Positions 19,877 through 30,300 of a stretch of DNA of 64,000 bases are shown piece after piece. The stretch is taken from assembly GCA_038247415.1 (NCBI GenBank), contig JBBRUX010000015.1, positions 1 to 64,000 on the forward strand. Direction: 5' to 3'. The DNA comes from Chitinivibrionales bacterium. GTDB taxonomy: Bacteria; Fibrobacterota; Chitinivibrionia; Chitinivibrionales; WJKA01. Below the pieces are notes generated by a model that saw only the letters and a program-made list of their open reading frames with translations, was not told where the DNA came from and ran no database searches. A program made the translations under genes and the position numbers. Numbering within the stretch: position 1 is the first letter of the stretch; each line of letters opens with the position of its first letter.

Positions 19877-21082
19877 ATGAGTATATCAGCAGGTAATCTA
19901 ATACGATGGGGATTGGTCGCTTCGCTTTTTGTTTTCGCCGCAGGGTGTGCAAAAACGAGAAAGGCTGGCGGGCACATGGATACCCCAGAAGTGCATTATA
20001 AACAAGGTATGAAATATTTCGATCAGGACCAGATTGTCAAAGCGGAAGAAGAATTCAATCTGGCAAATTCACTGGATAAGAAATTTGGCCCCGCGTATGC
20101 AGGCCTTGCGTTAACAACGGCACGAAAAGCTTCTCAGGCTTCACAACTTTCAGACGAAAAGAAGGGGTTTGCACAGGCGCTATCCTTGGCGGATAAAGCG
20201 TGTGGCCTTTCGCCCAAAGACGCTGCTCCGTTTATTGCCAAAGGCATGGTGATCACCATGCAGTTCGAAGGCAAAAAACCTGCGAAAGAGTGGATTGACA
20301 ATGTCGAAAGCGAATTCTCAAAAGCACTAAAAAATGAGCCATCAAATGCAGAAGCGTATTATCGTCGAGGATATGCGTATAAAAAAGCGTTTCTCTTTTC
20401 AAAAGCAAAAGTCGATTTTTCAAAAGTTATCGAGCTGAATACAACATTTACCTCCGAAGCCGATAGAGAATTTAAAATTGTTAATGACATCGAGCGCGCA
20501 GCCCCAGGAACGGATATCGGAAAGAAAATTGCGCTTATCGAAAAATTAAGTCGTGCAGATATTTGTGCCCTGTTTATCGATGAATTGAAAATCGACAAGC
20601 TCGTTACGAAAAAGCGACCCAAGAAATATGATACCAGTTTCGAGGCGCCAGCCGATGGCCGCACCTTGAATGTTGACAAGATAACAACATTGCCTGCCAT
20701 AACCGATATGGCAAATCATTGGGCTAAAAATTTTGTTGGCGATATTGTTGATCTTGGAATTAGAGGACTTGAGCCCTATCCCGATCATACTTTTAAGCCA
20801 GATGAATTGGTAAACCGGGGTGAATATGCCATTATGGTAGAGGATGCAATTATTGCAGTAACAGGAGATGAATCCATCGCCACTAAAAATAGTGGGCAGG
20901 CAGAAAGCCGCTTCCCTGATGTGAATTCTTCTCATCCAGCATATAATGCAATATGCACGTGCGTCGACCGCGGAATCATGGCTGCAACAATAAGCGGGGA
21001 GTTTGGGGCGCGTCTGCCTGTTAGCGGACCCGATGCACTGCTCACGATCCGCCAGCTCAAGAATTTTCTAAAAATCGAGTAA
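19877..21082 (+). CDS. TPR plus SLH-domain lipoprotein
   Basis: Lipobox FAAGC; TPR-like AYYRRGYAY; SLH-like DMANHWAKNFV..YPDHTFKPDELVNRGEYA and FPDVNSSHPAYNAI. Confidence 0.8.
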   Translation: MSISAGNLIRWGLVASLFVFAAGCAKTRKAGGHMDTPEVHYKQGMKYFDQDQIVKAEEEFNLANSLDKKFGPAYAGLALTTARKASQASQLSDEKKGFAQALSLADKACGLSPKDAAPFIAKGMVITMQFEGKKPAKEWIDNVESEFSKALKNEPSNAEAYYRRGYAYKKAFLFSKAKVDFSKVIELNTTFTSEADREFKIVNDIERAAPGTDIGKKIALIEKLSRADICALFIDELKIDKLVTKKRPKKYDTSFEAPADGRTLNVDKITTLPAITDMANHWAKNFVGDIVDLGIRGLEPYPDHTFKPDELVNRGEYAIMVEDAIIAVTGDESIATKNSGQAESRFPDVNSSHPAYNAICTCVDRGIMAATISGEFGARLPVSGPDALLTIRQLKNFLKIE

Positions 21083-21105
21083 TTTTCTTTAAAAACGGCT
21101 TGTTG

Positions 21106-21140
21106 AGGGCTCAAGTATTCGTACTTGGGCCTTTTTTGTT
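21106..21140 (+). terminator. Rho-independent terminator (UUCG loop)
   Basis: GGGCTCAAGTA-ttcg-TACTTGGGCC followed by a T-run. Confidence 0.85.
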
Positions 21141-21286
21141 TTGTGAAAACAGCATACCCGATTTAGCGAGTCTGTCGATTGGTAATTTACTTTAATTATA
21201 CGTATTTTAAGAATCCCTCAGAAGGGCAGATCACATCGTAGAATTCATACTACTTCCTTTCGTTCCCCAGATAGGATTTGGCTCTT

Positions 21287-24200
21287 ATGCATTGTTCCAT
21301 AGGTATTGATATAGGATCGACTACCGTCAAAGCCGTGGTGATGGACACATCGCATTCGATCCTTTTTAAACGCTATGTGCGTCATAACACTCGCCAATTA
21401 GAGCACGTTTACGAGCTCCTTACGGCTATAGATGCCGAATTTCCTCATCATGCAAAACGCATTTATCTTACCGGAAGTGGATCACGACCTCTTATCGGTT
21501 TGCTCAAGGGTGTTTACATTCAAGAAGTTAATGCTGTTACCTATGCGGTAGAAAAGCTTTTCACCGATGTTGGCGCCGTGGTAGAGCTCGGAGGACAAGA
21601 TGCGAAGGTCATTGTTTGGAAGACCGATGCTGCAGGAAATAAGAGCGCGCTTACCTATATGAACGATAAATGCGCCGGTGGTACCGGAGCAACACTCGAT
21701 AAAATTGTTGCCAAAGTTGGCATAGATCCCTCTCTACTTGGTTCTATTTCAGATGAAGGTGCAATGATTTATCACATTGCAGCTAAATGCGGTGTGTTTG
21801 CAGAAACAGATGTGGTTGGGCTTTTAAAAAGTGGTGCGTCAAAAATCGATGTTATTGTCTCCCTCTGTCACGCAATTGTCAAACAAAATTTGGAGGTTTT
21901 GGTTCGCGGGAATGTATTGCGCGATCGCGTCTGCCTGCTTGGGGGACCGCATCGATTCTTGCCCGTGCTCGCATCGGTGTGGCGTCATTACATTCGAAAA
22001 ACATGGGCTCTTCATGGTCATGAGCCACGAACACTCCCCGATGACAAGCTCATTTTTGTTCCCGAAGACTCTCATTATTTTGCGGCTATGGGGGCAATCT
22101 TTTTTGGCGAAGCAAACAGCTCAAAGAGCGTTGTGTTGCAAGAAAACGACACGCTGTATGCAGGCCCCGGGGCACTTGCAGATTTTATAACTACCGATCG
22201 ATTAAAGCACCTTGAAGGAAGTGGCGCCATACGTGCTGGCCTTGTTGAAACCGAACAGGAAGTAGAATTGTTTGTTTCCCGTTATGGAATTCCGACTTTT
22301 AAAGCGCCTCAGTTTGAGCCAGGGGCTTCACTTTCAGGCTATCTTGGCATCGATGGTGGGTCGACATCAACCAAAATGGTGATTATTGACAAAAAGGGAT
22401 TAATCATATATCGCGACTATATGCTTTCGGGTGGAAATCCCGTTGCCGATGCTATTGCACTTTTCGGGCGCATGCAAAACTGGATACGCTGTGCGGGTAT
22501 TACTCTCGACATATGCGGAACCGCGGTTACAGGATATGCATCTGCGCTACTCAAGGCAGCATTCAAGCTCGATTGCGCTATTGTAGAAACAGTTGCTCAT
22601 ATGCGCTCTGCCGTGGCGAGCTATGGGGATGTAGATGTTATCTGCGATGTAGGAGGGCAGGATATAAAGGTTCTTTTTCTCAAGCATGGGCGCGTCGTAG
22701 ATTTCAAGCTCAATACGCAATGTAGTGCGGGAAACGGCTACTTTCTTCAGTCAATGGCCGAACAGTTTGGCGTGCCGCTTCACGAATACGCAGAGCGGGC
22801 ATTTACGGCTCGAAAAGCGCCTGCATTTAATTATGGATGCGCTGTATTTATGGAACAAGATCGGGTAAATTTTCAGCAACTCGGGTGGACAAATAGCGAA
22901 ATCATGGCCGGACTTGCCCTGGTACTTCCTTTAAATATCTGGAATTATGTAGTTCAAGAACCTCATATTGCCAAATTTGGTACCACCTTTCTTTTACAAG
23001 GAGGAACGCAGAAAAATGTAGCGGCAGCTAAAGCACAGGTCGATTATATCCTGCAAAAAGTACCCTCTGCCAAGGTACATGTTCATAAGCACGCAGAAAT
23101 ATGTGGAGCTTTAGGTGCAGCCATCGAAGCATCCGAACGCGTTACAACTTCAACGTTTGCAGGAGTTGCCGCGGCTGCTTTGGCAACCTTTACAACGAGC
23201 GCAAATGAAGAAACTCGGTGCGGGTTTTGTACCAATAAATGTCAACGAACATTTGTTGATGTAACGCTTTGTGCGAACACAATCCGCTTTATTACCGGAA
23301 ATCAATGTGAAAAAGGTCAGATGGCAAGTCTTGATGAAGTCCAGGAATTTATGAAAGTTTCTTCGCAACAGCTTACGGGTGTGCGCAATCTCGTGGGCGA
23401 GGCGGCAGTGTCTGTTTTCGCACAAACAAAAGTCGATTGCTTGCCGCCAGAGGGTACTTCTTGCGCACCGATCAAATGGTTCGATGGATCCCGTTCGTTT
23501 TACGGAGCAAACAAAAAGGGAAAATTTAGAAGATCCGATGAACATGCGTCGGCATTGAGAGCTTCAATGAAAATAGGTATGCCAAGGCTGCTCAATATGT
23601 ATTATGCAGCGCCTTTTTTTGATGCTTATTTTCGTACCCTAGGAATTGCCGAAATTATCTGGTCCGATTATACTAGTCAAGCGCTATGGCAGGAGGGTAA
23701 TACCTGGGGCTCAATAGATCCGTGTTTTCCTGCAAAAGTAGCCCCTGCTCATTTTTATAATTTACTCATGCATAAAGATGTAACCCATATCTGTTTTCCC
23801 ATCATTACGCACCTGTTAACAGATCTTTCCGATTCCCTTGCAAATACTGCGTGTGCAATTCAAATGGGAACGCCTGAAGTTGTTCACGCATCATTTACAA
23901 AAGAGCTAGATGTCCTGCTGCAAAAAAATATCGAATATTTTAAGCCGCTTGTAGTAATAGATCGACCCCTTGATGCATGTGGTCTCATGTACGATTATTT
24001 TGCAGACAGGCTCAAAATAACCCCCGATGAAAACCAATGGGCAGTTAGTCAAGGCTTTTTGGCACTAGCGCGGTATCAAGATGTGCTGCAACAGAGTGGG
24101 GTGCAGGTTTTAAATCATCTCGTTGAACATGATAGAATCGGTGTGCTTGCAATTGGGCATCCCTATCATCACGATCCTGGGCTTAATCATGGTATTTTAG

Positions 24201-24640
24201 ATGAATTCCAAAAGCGTGGATTTCCCGTTTTGTGTATCGAATCGTTGCCAACGAGTGACGATTTTTTAAAGCCGCTCTTCCCCGAATACGATACAACAAA
24301 TTCGCATAAAGCAATGGGCATTCGTTCGCTCTGGCAGCGAAATTTTAACCGCAATACGAATCAGAAAATATGGGCCGCTACCATTGCTGCACGCCATCCA
24401 AATCTTGCAGTGGTAGATTTTTCGAGCTTTAAATGTGGGCACGATGCTCCAACCTATTCCTATATCGATGCAATTTTAGATGCTTCCGAAACACCGCATT
24501 TTCTCTTTCACGACCTCGATCAAAATAAACCGCGGGCATCATTTCAGATCCGTTTGGAAACGATCGATTATTTCCTTCGTTTGGAAGAAGAAAAGCTTTG
24601 CGCGCGAGGTGTTGCACATAGTAAAGTTAATCAGGATTGA
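21287..24640 (+). CDS. Tandem BadF/BcrAD (ASKHA) activase plus DUF2229 protein, PlsA-like
   Basis: Two activase units (GIDIGSTTVK..LGGQDAK..MNDKCAGGTG; GIDGGSTSTK..VGGQDIK..LNTQCSAGNG), CGFCTNKC, DPCFPAK, SFKCGHDA. Start ATG 21287 or TTG 21278. Confidence 0.85.
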   Translation: MHCSIGIDIGSTTVKAVVMDTSHSILFKRYVRHNTRQLEHVYELLTAIDAEFPHHAKRIYLTGSGSRPLIGLLKGVYIQEVNAVTYAVEKLFTDVGAVVELGGQDAKVIVWKTDAAGNKSALTYMNDKCAGGTGATLDKIVAKVGIDPSLLGSISDEGAMIYHIAAKCGVFAETDVVGLLKSGASKIDVIVSLCHAIVKQNLEVLVRGNVLRDRVCLLGGPHRFLPVLASVWRHYIRKTWALHGHEPRTLPDDKLIFVPEDSHYFAAMGAIFFGEANSSKSVVLQENDTLYAGPGALADFITTDRLKHLEGSGAIRAGLVETEQEVELFVSRYGIPTFKAPQFEPGASLSGYLGIDGGSTSTKMVIIDKKGLIIYRDYMLSGGNPVADAIALFGRMQNWIRCAGITLDICGTAVTGYASALLKAAFKLDCAIVETVAHMRSAVASYGDVDVICDVGGQDIKVLFLKHGRVVDFKLNTQCSAGNGYFLQSMAEQFGVPLHEYAERAFTARKAPAFNYGCAVFMEQDRVNFQQLGWTNSEIMAGLALVLPLNIWNYVVQEPHIAKFGTTFLLQGGTQKNVAAAKAQVDYILQKVPSAKVHVHKHAEICGALGAAIEASERVTTSTFAGVAAAALATFTTSANEETRCGFCTNKCQRTFVDVTLCANTIRFITGNQCEKGQMASLDEVQEFMKVSSQQLTGVRNLVGEAAVSVFAQTKVDCLPPEGTSCAPIKWFDGSRSFYGANKKGKFRRSDEHASALRASMKIGMPRLLNMYYAAPFFDAYFRTLGIAEIIWSDYTSQALWQEGNTWGSIDPCFPAKVAPAHFYNLLMHKDVTHICFPIITHLLTDLSDSLANTACAIQMGTPEVVHASFTKELDVLLQKNIEYFKPLVVIDRPLDACGLMYDYFADRLKITPDENQWAVSQGFLALARYQDVLQQSGVQVLNHLVEHDRIGVLAIGHPYHHDPGLNHGILDEFQKRGFPVLCIESLPTSDDFLKPLFPEYDTTNSHKAMGIRSLWQRNFNRNTNQKIWAATIAARHPNLAVVDFSSFKCGHDAPTYSYIDAILDASETPHFLFHDLDQNKPRASFQIRLETIDYFLRLEEEKLCARGVAHSKVNQD

Positions 24641-24644
24641 TACC

Positions 24645-26060
24645 ATGAAAATAAATAAAACACAATCGGAATCACCGGGGGCTGTTGCGCCAAAGTTTGC
24701 TAAGAAGCAACAATGGAAGGGTTATGCCAATCCTCTGTGGCATAAGAAAGATAAAGCCGAGGTAACTATTATCTATAGCTTTATCGAACGGCGCAAATCA
24801 TTCTTGTTGCGGGCATATTTCGATCGTCATGGATATCGGTATCGCGACCTTGGCGACCATGTGCGCGAAGATGTCCGGTTTGGCAAAGAGTATGGAAATC
24901 GCATGGAATGCAATCCGATGTACTTTACGTCTGGTGCCCTTATCAAAACATTGTTTGCGATCGAAGCAGAAACAGGCCTTTCAAAAGAGGAAATTGTAAA
25001 AAAATATGTTTTTTTAGGCGGGGGCGGGCAGTGCGGCCCTTGTCGATATGGCATGTACCCTATGGAGTATTTCAAGGTTGTCAATGATGCGGGTTTTAAA
25101 AATTTTCGCATGTTTCTACTCACCTCAGATATCAACGAGCCCTCTCCTAAAGGTAGTGCATTCTCATTTGATATGCCTTTTTATCTTAATTTTACCATCG
25201 GATTTGTTCTGGGCGATCTCATGCATATGGCAGAATGCGCTTTGCGTCCGTATGCACTCGATAAAGGCAATGCGCTTGAAACGGTAGAGAATGTTCAGCA
25301 GCAACTCTATGAGGCTTTTAAAAGCAGATTGTTTTTATTTAAACTCCCTTTTGCATTGCATCGCGCTGGAACAATACTTGGTAATCTTCGTCGTAGTCTG
25401 GTTTCATTGCCCTACGTTTATATCACTGGAGAAGTTTTTGCCAATCTTGCTCACAATGAGGGTAATTATAACTTGCGCCGCTTTGTGATGGATGAGGGGT
25501 GTGAGGTAAACCCGGGTCTTTTTACCAACAGAGCACTTTACGATTTGTGGCGTCGCACTAAAGAAGCAGAACGACGTATTCGGTTTGCAAAGGATCCTTT
25601 AGAGCTAAAAACGTGGCGTAAGAGTTTGCGCAAACAAAAGACAAGCCGCTTTATTGTGCTTAGTGTTTATAAGCTATTTGTCAAGTTCTTTGATCCAGAG
25701 AAGTTTGGAGGCAAATACGAGCTGCACTCTATCGATCATTTGGCGGCTCTTGGCAAACCGTATTATCATCCCGAAATTTTTGGGGGAGAAGGCAATCTGG
25801 AAATTGGTGAAGCTATTGCAATGGCAGATACATGCGATGGATTTATATCGTCAAAACCATTTGGTTGTATGCCGTCATCAGGGGTATCGGATGGGGTTAT
25901 GTCAAAAATCTTAGGAATGTTTCCGCAGATAAATTTCGTATCTATCGAGACAAGTGGCGATAATGAAGTAAGTATTTTAAGTCGCGTTTCAATGCTCATT
26001 TTTAAAGCTCGTGAAAAAATGAAACGGCGCACGTCGGGTAGTAACAAGGAGTCCCTTTGA
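24645..26060 (+). CDS. 2-hydroxyacyl-CoA dehydratase-like partner (COG3581-type), PlsR-like
   Basis: GNRMECNPMYFTSG, GQCGPCRYGMY, ITGEVFA, GGEG, KPFGCMPS, IETSGD. ATG 4 nt after the upstream stop. Confidence 0.8.
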   Translation: MKINKTQSESPGAVAPKFAKKQQWKGYANPLWHKKDKAEVTIIYSFIERRKSFLLRAYFDRHGYRYRDLGDHVREDVRFGKEYGNRMECNPMYFTSGALIKTLFAIEAETGLSKEEIVKKYVFLGGGGQCGPCRYGMYPMEYFKVVNDAGFKNFRMFLLTSDINEPSPKGSAFSFDMPFYLNFTIGFVLGDLMHMAECALRPYALDKGNALETVENVQQQLYEAFKSRLFLFKLPFALHRAGTILGNLRRSLVSLPYVYITGEVFANLAHNEGNYNLRRFVMDEGCEVNPGLFTNRALYDLWRRTKEAERRIRFAKDPLELKTWRKSLRKQKTSRFIVLSVYKLFVKFFDPEKFGGKYELHSIDHLAALGKPYYHPEIFGGEGNLEIGEAIAMADTCDGFISSKPFGCMPSSGVSDGVMSKILGMFPQINFVSIETSGDNEVSILSRVSMLIFKAREKMKRRTSGSNKESL

Positions 26061-27094
26061 AAGTAATTCGCCTCGTGTTTATGGCTTTCTTGTGTGGTGC
26101 AGCCACAACGTTTGCAACAACCAAGATCCTTTTTTTGCCGTTTGATGATCGTGTCAAATTGAAGGATACCTGGGTATTGGGTGTTGATGTTCCTCGATAT
26201 TTTAGCACCATGGTAGATACCATTGGTTCTTACGGCAAATACGATTCGAGCCTTGCAATTGTTCCGTTTGATAGCGTTTTAAATTGTATCAAATCCAATT
26301 CTTGGAGCCGCGTAGAGTATACTTCTCCTTTATACATAGTAAAGTTGGCCCATCGATTTAAGGCCGATTATGTTATCAATGGAACCGTAGCCGTATTCAA
26401 GGTTGTAAAGCGTGCAGTCAATACAACTGCCCCCTTATACGGAGGTGCCGATCTTTCGTCGGTTGTTAAAAATACCACTGGGGGCGGGGGTATTACGGTC
26501 ATGGGCGGTCTTCAATCATATACCGCTACAGCCGTTATGGGACTCGACCTGCTCGATGGCAGTACAGGTCAGGCTCTTTTTCAAATTCCTCTTAATACAA
26601 GCGAAAAAGATGGTGGATTTAAAATTTATGCTACGTTTCAGTCCAATAATCCCGAGATGGATTATTACGAAATGAGTACTACGCCTTTTGGATCGCCTTC
26701 GTTTCAAAGAAGTGTGCCCGGTATCGTAATGAAAACGTTTTCGCAGGATATTCAAAACAAGGTGTGCCTTTATAAACCTGTCGAGAAACAACCCAAGCAA
26801 ACAGACCGCAGTTATAGCGTGGGAAGCGTCTTGGAAAGATCCGGTAGCGACGTGTACATTAATTTTGGTAGCGCAGACAATGTAATGCAAGGCGAAGAAA
26901 TAGAGGTGCAACGCCCAGATCATGCCATCATCGTGGCTGGCGATACGCTTGGATGGTCGGATAAGACCGTAGGAGTTATTCGAGTCCGCTTTATTAAATC
27001 ACCTCACTTGTCACAAGCAAGCATAGTTTCAGAGGTAGATTCTATCCGCTCTGGCGATGCAATACGCTTTGTAATGGTGCCATCTTCCCGATAA
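26057..27094 (+). CDS. Exported hypothetical protein (CsgG/TolB-N-like alpha/beta domain plus FlgT-C-like domain)
   Basis: TTGA overlap and RBS AAGGAG; signal peptide; KILFLPFDD..KADYVINGTV; VYINFGSADNVMQGEEIEV. Confidence 0.6.
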   Translation: MKVIRLVFMAFLCGAATTFATTKILFLPFDDRVKLKDTWVLGVDVPRYFSTMVDTIGSYGKYDSSLAIVPFDSVLNCIKSNSWSRVEYTSPLYIVKLAHRFKADYVINGTVAVFKVVKRAVNTTAPLYGGADLSSVVKNTTGGGGITVMGGLQSYTATAVMGLDLLDGSTGQALFQIPLNTSEKDGGFKIYATFQSNNPEMDYYEMSTTPFGSPSFQRSVPGIVMKTFSQDIQNKVCLYKPVEKQPKQTDRSYSVGSVLERSGSDVYINFGSADNVMQGEEIEVQRPDHAIIVAGDTLGWSDKTVGVIRVRFIKSPHLSQASIVSEVDSIRSGDAIRFVMVPSSR

Positions 27095-27397
27095 ACCCCC
27101 AATTGTGCGCCTTATTCTAGTAGGCGCATGTTGAAATTTGCATTCAACGATTTGTCAAACCCTGTGCAGCTTTCTACAAATTTCTAAGTATATTATAACG
27201 TAGAATCTCGATGTGAAAGCAGTTGGCGCCCTTACTAAATTGTCAATGCTCATAGTAGGTTTTAATATAAGACCGCTGTTGGGGTTGGTTTTGTCGAGAA
27301 AAATATATATTTTCTCATACGATTAAATTCCATGGGTAGAGGCTATCTGATTCCTATTGGATATTATTGTACTTGAAGCGTTCAAGGAGCTAGCCAC

Positions 27398-30300
27398 ATG
27401 AATCGCACGTTATCTATTCTTACTCTGAGCATTATTCTTACAATAGTAGGAAGCAGCGCTCAATCGCTTACCGATAAGCTTTCGGAATCGAATAACTTCT
27501 ATTCGAACTACGGTAAAGAACCCTACGCTAAGCTCAAGATCGAGAAAGATGTTATTGGCCTCTACGACCAATTTGGAGAGCATATCACCGATGGTATATT
27601 TATTTATGACTTGCATAATAGCGATTATAATATTCACAAAACACGCGATCGAACAATACCGGACTCATTAGCTTTCTCTCGAAGCAGCGAATTCCAAAAG
27701 AGCGATTTCTTTGATAAATTTTCAAATTTAGTGGTGACCCAAGATGCTATTGGTGGTACCAAATCATCTTTCATCCTTGGCGACCAAATTCAAACCCGTT
27801 TTACTCCATTGACATTTAATAAAGTAAATTTTAAAGGTGTTCGCTGGGATATTTGGTCGAGCAATCTCCAATTTACTGGGTTGTTATCTAGAACGAGCCC
27901 TGGCGCCTTGGCGAAAAAAAGCACAGATGCGATTTCTTTAGTTGAATACCCTTCGACAACCGAAAGCTTCCCTTATAATTATTATAATATCCAGGGTGAT
28001 CAGGGTCCTGGAGGAATCAATGGTCAAAATGATTTTTCTTCTAAATCGCCTTTTGGCGATTATAATTGGTTATGGGCTTTGCATGCACAACAAAATATTG
28101 CGAATAAGGTAGATGTTGGATTAACCTATATCAATCATCATGTTTCAGATACCAAAAAAGGTGAAAAGTGGTTTGAGGGAGATTTGCCCGAGGGTTGGAT
28201 GCCACGGGAAATTCATTTTGAATTTTTTGATGCAACGCCTCTCGATTCAAATGATGCTGGTGCCTATGTTAATGATGTTACAATGTATATCAATGGTAGC
28301 CTTGTTACATCTCGTTCTGGATACAAAAATAGAAATGTCTATGTTGGTGTTCCCGACTCTACGTTGTTGCCTAAGGAATTGCCATTATCAAGGCCGCAAT
28401 CAGGAAATATTCCTGTAATAGTTACTTTTAATACCGATCCTCAAACCTGGAAGTTTACAGACGGGAAACAGTCGCTAAAATCGGAAAGAGAAATTAAAGA
28501 AATTAACTTTAAATACATAGTAGCTGGTCAATATACTGTTTTCGTTTCCACGAGTAAGCAGATACCTCTGGGAATTCAGGGAACCAGCGATCCGCAAACA
28601 GGCGAAATTGTATATCAAAATATCGATAAAAGTGTAGAAGATATTTATAATGGGGATCAAAATTCTCCCATTAAAATTAGTGCAGGTACAACTTCCATGG
28701 GAGCTATTGGACCTAGATTTATTAACAGTCATTCAACCACCTATTTCGGCTCGTATATTCGTCAGTCTGCAAAACAATTACCCTGGACCTACGAGCAATT
28801 TAAAGACGCAATACTCCAACCCGGGTTTGTAGATAATCCTACCTCAGTAGATAAGTATAATCTTGGCAAGTACGAATACAAATTTGGATCCAATATTTCC
28901 TCTATAACGTATGGTGTAGATTTTAAAGGTGAAATTGGGGGCGTAAACTTTAAAGGGGAATTTGCCTGGAATAAGAAAAAAGACAAATTTCCTGGTGGAG
29001 ATGTTATCGATTCAATCGGTGATTTTGGTAGAAATAATCGCTGGGTGGGTACCCTCAAATTAGATAAGAATCTTACGCCTAAAATGACTATTGCTTCCGA
29101 TCTGTATTACATTTCTCCAGATTGGAAAACAAATCTCGATTTACTTCAAGCGAGTAGGTATTTCAAGGAAACTAATTACAAACAGTTTATCTCAATCAAT
29201 CCCGATTATGCAGGAGGGTCGCTTCCAGACTATCTTTCCTATCCAAAACCATTTAATGCTGGATGGAACAATATCGACGATAATGATGATAACGATTATT
29301 ACCCAGAAAATGATGTGCGCAGGTATCCTGCAGATCAGAGTGCCGATGCACAGGGAGCCTTTTATACAGACGGAAAAATTAAAGGTTCTTTACAAAAATT
29401 AGTGCGACTGCCTTCAAACATGTATATCCCCTATGATGACATTGATGGTGTTGTTGCATCAAAAAGCGATAGAAATCGAAACGGGGTTCCCGATTACTTA
29501 GAAGATTTTCTGCTTTTTAGCTCTGATCCTTCTGTGTTTGAAATGGGAAACGATTTAAATCATAATAGCATTCCCGATGATCAGGACGATGATCTACAAC
29601 CAGATTATGGGCACCCAGTGGGGTCTGAAATTACAGCAGATGGAATCAAGACTACCGGTATTAAAGGCATTCGATTGAATACAAAATGGACTCTTTCTAA
29701 TAACCTAACAGTAGATGCGGGGCTTGTTGGTGAGTCTATACTGGATTACGATCTTGATGGGATATCAGACGCGTTTCAGTCTGTTAAAGTTGACCATGGA
29801 GATTTCTTTGATAAAAAATCCTTTGAATTATACAATCTGATTTCTTTTCAGGCTGTCAAACGTACCGAAGGTATAATGTATCAGCTCGGCAATGAGTTTA
29901 GAGCAACAAAGGATGTTATTCGAGATGATGTCATTAGATCCCGTGGTTTGAATGGCAACGGAAAATATATTGTTGATTACGAGTTTTATATCGATCCTCT
30001 CGATTATCGGCAAGCAATTACAGATAACATTGTGGGTAGTGTTACCTATACTAATATTAAAAATTTTTACTATGGCATTCGTGCAAAAATTGGCTTGCAA
30101 GGAAGAATAGGCATTCCTGATCGACAATTTAGTCGTCCCTATAGCTTTTATGATAACTATTCTGGAAATACTATTTTTGCGGCAGTTCAGGATTCGTATC
30201 CCACCCGATTTCTTACCGATTTGTATCTCTCCAATAAAGTGAGCTATAACTTTAATTTTAAAATCGACGAAGACGATTGGCGAAAGTCGTTCATGTTCCT

